A stretch of 64,000 nucleotides of DNA from a virus (lineage: Duplodnaviria; Caudoviricetes), in IMG/VR virus record IMGVR_UViG_3300037483_000648, positions 708 through 64,707 of that record. One strand, given 5' to 3'. A model generated the notes under the pieces. The model worked only from the letters and a program-made list of their open reading frames with translations, did not search any database and was not told the origin of the DNA. Below are positions 27,698 to 35,036 of the stretch, one piece after another. Positions within the stretch are counted from its first letter, which is position 1, and the number at the start of each line of letters is the position of its first letter. The translations under genes were made by a program, and so were the position numbers.

Positions 27698-27954
27698 AGA
27701 GTGATATCCATAAACATAAAATCTATTCCATTTGTTTTAACATCGTATCGGACAGGTCCACATCCTTCAGCAACTAAATCAAAATGCTCCGAATAGGCAT
27801 AATATCGGACAGAATCTGTATAATAATCGGCTGATGCTTTAACTATAATAACGTTACTCATAAGCCTCATTACCATTTTTGGATACTCTTGAATCATTTT
27901 TCTAGAAATAGAAAATGTTCCGTATCTTTTAAATAAGTTGTCTGTGTCTATCAT
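27694..27954 (-). CDS. Hypothetical protein
   Basis: 86-aa ORF, ATGA coupled. Confidence 0.55.
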   Translation of the reverse strand: MIDTDNLFKRYGTFSISRKMIQEYPKMVMRLMSNVIIVKASADYYTDSVRYYAYSEHFDLVAEGCGPVRYDVKTNGIDFMFMDITL

Positions 27955-28112
27955 AATTTATCCTTTTTATTATTTGAGGTAGAAACAGGGATCATCAATA
28001 AACAAATCCCGACAAAGACAAACCACAACCAACTTGATATATTATTATGTTCAAGATATATACAACCGGACAGTGCTGCTATTGCAACAATACCTTTAAT
28101 TAAGGTTTTCAT
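27951..28112 (-). CDS. Small membrane protein (53 aa, not in ORF track)
   Basis: MKTLIKGIVAIAALSGCIYL...WLWFVFVGICLLMIP; ATGA overlap with next gene. Confidence 0.5.
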   Translation of the reverse strand: MKTLIKGIVAIAALSGCIYLEHNNISSWLWFVFVGICLLMIPVSTSNNKKDKL

Positions 28113-28131
28113 GATCCTGCCCCCCTGTAAT

Positions 28132-28638
28132 TTATTTATAAAAAGTAGGTTCTATTCCATATTTTTTAAATAAAGCGGCTAATTTTGTCGTTAACGAACA
28201 AGTCTTTTTATTATATTCAGGGAACTTTGCTTTGCCCCTATAAACTCTTTTTAATTTTAAATACGATGCCTTTTGAAGCCTCGGTCTTTTTGGTCTTTCT
28301 GATGGGTGGATATAGGGGAGGTGTTGCTGCTCCAAATAAACTGCACATGATCTGAGGATTTCCGGCAATTCACTTTGTTTAATCCCATATCTTCCAGCAT
28401 TGTTTTCGGACTTGGCAATAAAGACGTTGCAAGTCCTGCACAAAACTCCTCGTACAAGCCCTGTTCCTTTAATGCGTTTAACATGTGAGTGGTCAAGGCA
28501 GGCATCTTTTATTTCCCTTTTGCAAATTGGGCATATCCAATTTTGTTCTTCAAGGAGTTGATTTCTTAAAACAGAAACTTCAGTAGTTTTTAGTTGTTTT
28601 GGTTCGTTACTTATTATAGGCGGTTTCGTTCGTTTCAT
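28132..28638 (-). CDS. Recombination endonuclease VII-like Holliday junction resolvase
   Basis: CPIC...LDHSH...VRGVLCRTCN motif. Confidence 0.9.
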   Translation of the reverse strand: MKRTKPPIISNEPKQLKTTEVSVLRNQLLEEQNWICPICKREIKDACLDHSHVKRIKGTGLVRGVLCRTCNVFIAKSENNAGRYGIKQSELPEILRSCAVYLEQQHLPYIHPSERPKRPRLQKASYLKLKRVYRGKAKFPEYNKKTCSLTTKLAALFKKYGIEPTFYK

Positions 28639-28877
28639 TAATACAACCGCATCCAGTGGGTAGCAAAATATTTCGTACATGGATATTTATGTGGTTCATA
28701 GTCCTTGTAAAATTCCTTACTCAACCGCTTTTGAAGGGCAAGAAAATCAGGAATAGTACTGATTGAATATTGACCATTTTCCATCTTTAATAACACTTGT
28801 CCTTCCTGATAAGGAGGAAGGCGGGTTGAGACAGGAATCAGCAAAAACTCGAACATGGCTTGCTTTGACTTCTTCAT
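28638..28877 (-). CDS. Hypothetical protein
   Basis: 79-aa ORF, TAATG coupled. Confidence 0.5.
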   Translation of the reverse strand: MKKSKQAMFEFLLIPVSTRLPPYQEGQVLLKMENGQYSISTIPDFLALQKRLSKEFYKDYEPHKYPCTKYFATHWMRLY

Positions 28878-28880
28878 ACT

Positions 28881-29027
28881 TTAGTTTACCCACTTGGAGT
28901 AGATTTTCAGATACACCTGCTTTTTCTTGTTACAGTAGCGGCATCTTCGATAAGCCCTGCCATTAAATCCGCTGTAGTCATATTTGTGGATACCGAAAAA
29001 GCAGAGTATATTATTTATTATTGTCAT
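28881..29027 (-). CDS. Small Zn-binding-like phage protein (48 aa, not in ORF track)
   Basis: MTIINNILCFFGIHKY...CRYC. Confidence 0.5.
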   Translation of the reverse strand: MTIINNILCFFGIHKYDYSGFNGRAYRRCRYCNKKKQVYLKIYSKWVN

Positions 29028-29079
29028 AGGATTTTATTTCAGAAGGTTATTGGTTGGTGTCTTGCGTGCTGCTTTAGCA

Positions 29080-29355
29080 TTATTTAAAACAAGTACACGC
29101 ACCAAATTCAGGGTCATACTCGTTTATTTCAAGACCATCCCATTCATGACAAAAATGGTTAAATTTTGGAGGGTGGATTTTCGACACTCTCTTTATTATC
29201 CCCTGTAACATCTCAACCTCTTCATTTTCAGTTTTCCACTTATTCACTATCTTTTGGGCTTCTCTTGTTTTTACTTTTTTAGTGTCAAAATAATCTTCTA
29301 TCTCTCGATCTTTTTTCTCATCAACAGTGATAACTGGGATTGTAATATACTCCAT
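29080..29355 (-). CDS. Hypothetical protein
   Basis: 91-aa ORF with GGAGG RBS. Confidence 0.55.
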   Translation of the reverse strand: MEYITIPVITVDEKKDREIEDYFDTKKVKTREAQKIVNKWKTENEEVEMLQGIIKRVSKIHPPKFNHFCHEWDGLEINEYDPEFGACTCFK

Positions 29356-29394
29356 TTTATTAACCCTCCAAAATTGATACCGCTTTCTAATCTT

Positions 29395-30540
29395 TCAATA
29401 CCTTGATTTTCGGCCAAGTTGCAATTTGTCTTCTCTTTTGTTCCAGATAACCTGAACTATTCTCTTCAACTTCTGCTCCAACCCCATATCCTCAATGGCT
29501 CTAATTAACTTATCTTTTCCATTCTCTCTCATACCTAAATCGTTAGCATCTATCCACGACCCTGACTTCCAGTGCTTCTGCTCCAATAGAAAACTGACCA
29601 TCGAACCGATATCATCAATACCCATATCATAATAAATATCAAATTCTATATCCCTTAACTTTCCGGTTACAGAGTTTTTATCCATAGAGCATCTGGTGTT
29701 TACCCCTGTCTTACAGCCTAAATCTTTTATTGAACCAATCTTTGATAAATAAGGCCGGACGTGAGAATAAAAATAAGGAGCTTCACCGCCAGAAGTTACC
29801 CACTTAGCCTGCCCAAACATTGGGTTCATTCTCTGCCGTAACTGCTGAGTCAAAATAAAAACAGAATTAGTATTAGCCACCAGGTCATTTATCATCCTTA
29901 AAATCTGGCCAGTTATTTTAGCCTTTTCCGCATTAAACGATCCTGCTATCTTATTCGCTGCCTCCGGGCTTTTTGCTGCGGCTAGTGCTCTCTTAAGCTC
30001 TTTATCCAATTCTTCATCAGAGCTAAAGGAATCGAGCGAATCAGCGATATAAATAAACGGTTTGCCCTCCTTCTTCAACAGCAGCATTCTGTTTCTTAAA
30101 TCTTGAATAGTTGTTGATATTCCTGATTCATCTAAATGATTTTGTAAATCTTTATAAAGTAATCCGGATGGAGTCATCAACCGATCAGTAAGAGGCGGAA
30201 AGAGTTTATTAAAGTGAAAGTCACAGCGCCTTTCTACGTCATCATAAAATAAGTTATATTCATTAAACCTGGAATCTAAACAAGCCTCACAAAAGGAACT
30301 TAAAACCACTACTGTTTTCCCAGCAGAAGATTGTCCAGGTAATGTCGAGATCCTCCCTAAAGGCCACCCGCCATTAACACTATCAGACATAGCAAGATTC
30401 AACATTGTCGAGCCGGTAGAAAGAAAAGAGTTGGTTTTCTTTTCCCTTTCAACTCTCCTGATTCTTCTTTTCATTTGCTCATCAAGAGGTATATCTTTTT
30501 TAGTGGCTTCTGGGGCTTTCGTTCTTCGTGATCGTTCCAT
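29395..30540 (-). CDS. recA: RecA/UvsX-like recombinase
   Basis: STGS..LNLAM..GGWPLGRI, Walker A GQSSAGKT, IADSLD, TSGGEAPYFY. Confidence 0.9.
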   Translation of the reverse strand: MERSRRTKAPEATKKDIPLDEQMKRRIRRVEREKKTNSFLSTGSTMLNLAMSDSVNGGWPLGRISTLPGQSSAGKTVVVLSSFCEACLDSRFNEYNLFYDDVERRCDFHFNKLFPPLTDRLMTPSGLLYKDLQNHLDESGISTTIQDLRNRMLLLKKEGKPFIYIADSLDSFSSDEELDKELKRALAAAKSPEAANKIAGSFNAEKAKITGQILRMINDLVANTNSVFILTQQLRQRMNPMFGQAKWVTSGGEAPYFYSHVRPYLSKIGSIKDLGCKTGVNTRCSMDKNSVTGKLRDIEFDIYYDMGIDDIGSMVSFLLEQKHWKSGSWIDANDLGMRENGKDKLIRAIEDMGLEQKLKRIVQVIWNKREDKLQLGRKSRY

Positions 30541-30551
30541 AAATAACCTTT

Positions 30552-30773
30552 TTAATTTGTTTCGTGCGTTATTTTTCCGCTGTGGATATAATCCATAAAT
30601 TTATTCGGAGTAACATACCATTTCCCACCTTTACCACCAAGTTGGAGCCCGAGATTATATTGCCCACACCATTTAATTAATGTTGGCAAACTTACCTCGA
30701 CCCCAATCTCAGCGGCCTTTTCAATAGCAACCGCTGTGGTCCAGTATTCTTTTTTCTTTGGCATAAATTTCAC
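30552..30773 (-). CDS. Small helix-turn-helix DNA-binding protein
   Basis: TAVAIEKAAEIGVEVSLPTLIKWC...GGKWYV, excisionase/MerR-like pattern. Confidence 0.6.
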   Translation of the reverse strand: MKFMPKKKEYWTTAVAIEKAAEIGVEVSLPTLIKWCGQYNLGLQLGGKGGKWYVTPNKFMDYIHSGKITHETN

Positions 30774-30780
30774 GCTATTT

Positions 30781-30805
30781 AAAAGGCGGGGATTTTCACC
30801 CCGCC
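30781..30805 (-). terminator. Rho-independent terminator after SSB gene
   Basis: GGCGGGG-N7-CCCCGCC followed by TTTT on the - strand. Confidence 0.7.
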
Positions 30806-30813
30806 CATATTAT

Positions 30814-31980
30814 TTAAAAGGGCAACTCTCCTGTAGAGTAGTCTATTTTTTTTTTACCCTTCTTTCCTTCCGCTTCGATTTCTTCTTGGCGGTCTTTGCA
30901 ATCCTCCCATACATCACAGTCGTCACAAACTTCATCGGTATCACAATCAGTGCCGAACATCAGGCCGTGGGGGCAGCCATTACTATCCGGGCCTTGTTCA
31001 TCTTCTTCCGGCTCAGGCTCTGGTTCTTTTCGGGATTTCCTTTCACGCTTTTTTGGTTGCTCAGGTTCTGGTTCTTCTTCCTTCTCTTCAGCCTTTGTTC
31101 TTCTGGTTCGTTCTCTGCCTTTTGGTTTTTCTTCCGGCTCATCTTCCTCTTTGGTTCTGGATGATCTGGAAGGGCGGCGTGGCTTTTCTTCTTCCGGCTC
31201 ATCTTCTTCAGCGCCGATAAAGCCATGAAACTTTTTGTACAGCTCGTCATAAGTAAGAATGCGCAGACAGGCGTCGAAGTCCACCGCTTCATCAATCAAC
31301 TCATCCGGTAAATCATCACGCTCTTCAAAGTCAATTCTGGCAATCTCAGGGAACTTATTACCGGCAAAAGAACCTTGATCAAAACGGGCAATAATAGAAA
31401 GGCCATCCTGAACATCAGCATAGAACTTCCCATCAAAATTACGCTCACTCTGGACCACTTCTTCATCATCCAGCATAAAGCCGAACATATGAGGCGACAT
31501 CTCAAAGATTTGAATACCTTTATCCTCATCATCGTGATCCAGGATATTAAAGAGTTGCCGTTGTTTTGGTTTTAACTGGTCTGCCAATTCAGGATCGTTA
31601 CCGCTTTTAATTAATGCAGCCCTGTACTCGCAGATAGGGCAACGTTTTTCCGTACTTTGAGCGGTAGAAGCCAGGCAGATAAAACTTTTTCTGTCTTGCC
31701 CTTCCCCTACGGTATGCCGCCAGTAGGTACATTCATGCCACAACTCACCCGGGGTTTGAAAAGGGTGATTATCAATACTTACTTCGTAAGGGATAATTGA
31801 GAAGAAGTTTTCACCTTTAACCCCTTTGCCCATCTTCGGCTTGAAAAACTCAATTTTATCCGGCAGGTCTTTCAGGGTGTCTAACCCTCCACTCGATCTT
31901 TCTTTGCTTTCTGCAGCCTGCCGAGCTTTATCCCGGATAGATGCCCTTTGCTTTCCTGCTACTTTTCCACGTCTTGCCAT
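30814..31980 (-). CDS. Single-stranded DNA-binding protein (gp32-like) with long acidic tail
   Basis: CPICEY, QLFNILD, IQIF core; Glu/Lys/Pro tail; ends ELPF. Confidence 0.75.
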   Translation of the reverse strand: MARRGKVAGKQRASIRDKARQAAESKERSSGGLDTLKDLPDKIEFFKPKMGKGVKGENFFSIIPYEVSIDNHPFQTPGELWHECTYWRHTVGEGQDRKSFICLASTAQSTEKRCPICEYRAALIKSGNDPELADQLKPKQRQLFNILDHDDEDKGIQIFEMSPHMFGFMLDDEEVVQSERNFDGKFYADVQDGLSIIARFDQGSFAGNKFPEIARIDFEERDDLPDELIDEAVDFDACLRILTYDELYKKFHGFIGAEEDEPEEEKPRRPSRSSRTKEEDEPEEKPKGRERTRRTKAEEKEEEPEPEQPKKRERKSRKEPEPEPEEDEQGPDSNGCPHGLMFGTDCDTDEVCDDCDVWEDCKDRQEEIEAEGKKGKKKIDYSTGELPF

Positions 31981-32016
31981 GTTGTTTTCTCCATGTTTGA
32001 ATTAGAATTTTAATAC

Positions 32017-32145
32017 TGCAAGAGGCAGGATTCGAACCTGCATACACCAGTGCGCTACCGGTCGGGATACGCGCAGCTACCGTGTTAATCTATCTAGAAT
32101 TTTACACGGGCCTAACCCCTAGCTTTTCCATTTTGCCACTCTTGC
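32017..32145 (-). ncRNA. tRNA-like RNA 1 (129 nt), tRNA-Leu-like ends with expanded middle
   Basis: Acceptor GCAAGAG/CTCTTGC + A; T-arm GCAGG-TTCGAAT-CCTGC; no canonical anticodon arm. Confidence 0.7.
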
Positions 32146-32160
32146 ATTGTACTTTTACCC

Positions 32161-32192
32161 AAAAGGCCCGATTGGAATTAACCATATCGGGC
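32161..32192 (-). terminator. Terminator-like hairpin upstream of tRNA-like RNA 1
   Basis: GCCCGAT...ATCGGGC followed by CTTTT on the - strand. Confidence 0.5.
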
Positions 32193-32294
32193 TGTCCATA
32201 CTCTGAGCACTGCTGCAGACTTACTGGACTAAACAAACACATTGTTTAAAATGTCTTTTGAGTGGCTATTGCCAATATCGATGCTTTCGAATCT

Positions 32295-32780
32295 CTATTT
32301 CCTTCTTCGCCTCCCTTCAAGTTTTGAGCCAGCTCTTTCTCTGACTCGCTCGGTTTGTTCTTCCCTCTTCTTGTTTGACTCACCAGCAAGATCCCGTGGT
32401 TCGGATGGCCTGGCAAAGTAATCAGCCATAGCAAGTCTGGTCAGGTTCTCAATCATGTCTTTTCTTTGGCGCATTGCAAAACAGGCAGCGGTCGCTATAT
32501 TTTGTTCGTATTCTGCTTGAATCAATTCCTCCTTCGCCTTTTTATGTTTGGGGTGGTTTCGATAATACGCTTCAACAGCTTGAGCATTTTTTAAGGCTTT
32601 GTCTTCTGCTGCCTGCAATATAAGTTCTGACCGGATTACCTTTATTTTCTCCCAGGCCAGTTGGTATTTATTTTTTGCCTCTGCTTCAGCCTTTGAGTAC
32701 TGGTAAAACAGAGATGCTTGCCTGAGGGATTCTACATCAAGCGCCGATGGATCAATTTCAATGTCTTCTTCGTAGTTCAT
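32295..32780 (-). CDS. UvsY-like recombination mediator
   Basis: IEID..ALDVE..RQASLFY.Y...AY...F.MRQRKDMIENL helical pattern; near recA and SSB. Confidence 0.65.
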   Translation of the reverse strand: MNYEEDIEIDPSALDVESLRQASLFYQYSKAEAEAKNKYQLAWEKIKVIRSELILQAAEDKALKNAQAVEAYYRNHPKHKKAKEELIQAEYEQNIATAACFAMRQRKDMIENLTRLAMADYFARPSEPRDLAGESNKKREEQTERVRERAGSKLEGRRRRK

Positions 32781-33040
32781 TTTGTTCTCCTTTTTCTAAA
32801 TCTAAATTCTGGCCACTCTGCTTTGATTGCTTTGGCCAGTTCTGAGTTATAATCACATTTCCATCGAGAACACCACACCTCAAAAGTGAATCTGGCCAGA
32901 GCCGCCTCAAGAGATTCTTTATAATATCCCAGGTGAATTTTCTTGCCGTTAACTTTTATATAACTGTTAAACTTTTGATGAAATCCATTATATGTTACAC
33001 CAGGGAAGCCAGAAGTATTATATTTATTAATTTTCGGCAT
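32777..33040 (-). CDS. Stand-alone AP2-type DNA-binding protein
   Basis: NTSGFPGV...IHLGYY...EAALARF; paralogous to the C-terminus of 51846-52418. Confidence 0.75.
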   Translation of the reverse strand: MPKINKYNTSGFPGVTYNGFHQKFNSYIKVNGKKIHLGYYKESLEAALARFTFEVWCSRWKCDYNSELAKAIKAEWPEFRFRKRRTK

Positions 33041-33081
33041 TATTCTCCAGCCTCCAAAGACCTTTTTTATTTAATTATTAG

Positions 33082-33153
33082 TGGGCGCGGAAGGGATCGA
33101 ACCTTCGACTAGTCGGTTATGAGCCGACTGCTCTACCACTGAACTACACGCCC
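33082..33153 (-). tRNA. tRNA with CAT anticodon (elongator Met or Ile2)
   Basis: 72-nt cloverleaf: GGGCGTG/CGCGCCC, GTCGG-CTCATAA-CCGAC, GAAGG-TTCGATC-CCTTC; CCA not encoded. Confidence 0.9.
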
Positions 33154-33165
33154 TTAATTTTAAAT

Positions 33166-33374
33166 TGATGAGAGGCAGGATTCGAACCTGCAAAATCTTT
33201 AGGCATTAAACATTCTCTTGACTCATCAAGCATGTTGTCTTGAAATAATTGTCGAGTTACTAATTTAATTTAGGCTTGGACCATCCCATACGCCTTACGT
33301 CTACCAATAAGCGGTGGTAACAATTAACGGACTGATTACCGTCTTCCGCACAGCTTAATTCCGCCACTCTCACC
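33166..33374 (-). ncRNA. tRNA-like RNA 2 (209 nt) with insertions in the D-loop and anticodon arm
   Basis: Acceptor GGTGAGAG/CTCTCATC; same T-arm as RNA 1; GCGGAATT and GGTAGACG separated by 51 nt. Confidence 0.7.
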
Positions 33375-33378
33375 AAAC

Positions 33379-34311
33379 TTATTCTCCAGCCTCCAAAGAT
33401 TCGTAGCAAGCTAATGTCAAACCAGCTCGGCCGCTATTATAAAACGGTTCTCGGAAAGAATCCAAAACTAGATACGCCTGAGGATCACCATCATTCAATA
33501 AAACAGTAGAGGCCCACCCCAAAACACTTCTCCTGATAGATTCTTCCGGCTCTTTCTCCAACCCTTTTAAAATTAAACTTACTTCTTTCCATGACTTGCC
33601 TGCAATTAAGGCCCGACATAATTCAATACTTTGACTTTCTACTTGAGCAGATTGCTTGGCGGCCCTCAGCATTTGTCTTTCCGGCAGATCAATTATCTTT
33701 TCTAAAATAGTCAATGCTTCTCGTGGCCGCCCCAAACTGTCTTTGGCAATCTGCTCAAGCACCTCTTGAGGAATTTCTTTTCCTGCTACTTTACTCAATA
33801 ACTCTGTAATCTGCTTGGTTGATAATGGCCTGACTTCGTAAGTAGAACATCTGCTTTTGATGGTGGTTAAGATGTTCTGCGGATCAGTTGAACAGATAAA
33901 AAAGTATACGTGTGAAGGCGGTTCTTCTAAGATTTTTAATAGAGCATTCTGTGGCTTATTTTTAGGGCTGTTGCCGCCCTCCCCGAATAGATGAAACTCG
34001 TCTAAAATCCAACCCTTATTGCCACCGTTACCCAAAAGGGATGCCGTTCTGGCTTTCCTGATAATTTCCCGAGCATCTTCCAAGGTTCTTTTATCTGAGC
34101 AGTTGATTTCCTTTAAATCAAATCCGGTAATACCTAAATTGGATGCAGCTATTCTGGCTAATGTTGTTTTCCCGCAGCCAGAATCACCCGTAAATAGATA
34201 ACTGTGTGGCCTGGACTCTTTAGCCAGGGTATTCTTTAAGGCCTGTACCGTAGAGCGGTTGCCAATAAAGTTTTCAAGTGAGTCAGGACGGTAATCGAGA
34301 TGTAAAGGCAT
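33379..34311 (-). CDS. dnaX: Clamp loader (DNA Pol III gamma/tau-like AAA+)
   Basis: LHLDYRP, GDSGCGKTT, ILDEFH, NALLKILEEPP, TIKSRC. Confidence 0.9.
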   Translation of the reverse strand: MPLHLDYRPDSLENFIGNRSTVQALKNTLAKESRPHSYLFTGDSGCGKTTLARIAASNLGITGFDLKEINCSDKRTLEDAREIIRKARTASLLGNGGNKGWILDEFHLFGEGGNSPKNKPQNALLKILEEPPSHVYFFICSTDPQNILTTIKSRCSTYEVRPLSTKQITELLSKVAGKEIPQEVLEQIAKDSLGRPREALTILEKIIDLPERQMLRAAKQSAQVESQSIELCRALIAGKSWKEVSLILKGLEKEPEESIRRSVLGWASTVLLNDGDPQAYLVLDSFREPFYNSGRAGLTLACYESLEAGE

Positions 34312-34626
34312 TTACTTTTCTCCAAACAATACATTTTTCAATTCAGCAAGTTTAATTAATTCCTCTTTTAATCTCCTGCGTAAGCAGTCTTCAAGTAATT
34401 CTATCGGCTCATCATCATCAAGCAATCTTGTTTCCTCTTCCGATGACCAAAGCTCAATATCTTGAAAAGTCACGATAAATATACTTCCATCTGTTTTTAA
34501 TACCAAACAATATTGACCATCATCATAACCAATATTTTCTTGAATATTATCAGTAATGTTTTCTACGGCTTCCAACAAGTTTGTTATGTTTTCCATCTTT
34601 TCCCCAGTTGTTTCTAAAATGATCAT
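34312..34626 (-). CDS. Hypothetical acidic protein
   Basis: Up to 104 aa. Confidence 0.55.
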   Translation of the reverse strand: MIILETTGEKMENITNLLEAVENITDNIQENIGYDDGQYCLVLKTDGSIFIVTFQDIELWSSEEETRLLDDDEPIELLEDCLRRRLKEELIKLAELKNVLFGEK

Positions 34627-34938
34627 TTAATATTTGCTTTTACCATCTTTTGTTATTCCGGAAACACTTAAAAAACAATCTATACAAAAGATATTTGAAT
34701 AAACCCTAACATTTCCGGAATCGATTGAAATTGGAATTTTACCACGCTCAATTCTGCATCTTTCTACTTTTCCAGAACCATCATAATTATTACTATCCTG
34801 TTGCTCCTGAGTAGTAAAAATATTATTACCAACAAGTCCTCCGCCATCTACCCCAGGAATAATTATGTTTCCAACCACTTCTCTGAAATCAATATTAGAA
34901 TTACTAGATTTTCCACAATGATCGCATCTATATTTCAT
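34627..34938 (-). CDS. Hypothetical Zn-binding protein
   Basis: CDHC near N-terminus, CIDC near C-terminus. Confidence 0.55.
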   Translation of the reverse strand: MKYRCDHCGKSSNSNIDFREVVGNIIIPGVDGGGLVGNNIFTTQEQQDSNNYDGSGKVERCRIERGKIPISIDSGNVRVYSNIFCIDCFLSVSGITKDGKSKY

Positions 34939-35036
34939 TTTTTATACCTCAATATTAAAGTTAATCTATTTAATAGATTATATACACTTAATGCCGTTTC
35001 ATTAAGGCAAAATCTTAAAATATACTTAAATAAATA

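Larger units (their letters stand above)
33040..33399. repeat. 21-bp direct repeat flanking the tRNA cassette
   Basis: TTATTCTCCAGCCTCCAAAGA at 33040-33060 and 33379-33399. Confidence 0.9.

Noticed and set aside
33166-33374. tmRNA or group I intron-containing tRNA
   Set aside because: Too short, no Ala-type G3-U70 acceptor identity, the internal ORF does not end in an LAA-type tag, and the 51- and ~83-nt inserts are far below group I intron size.
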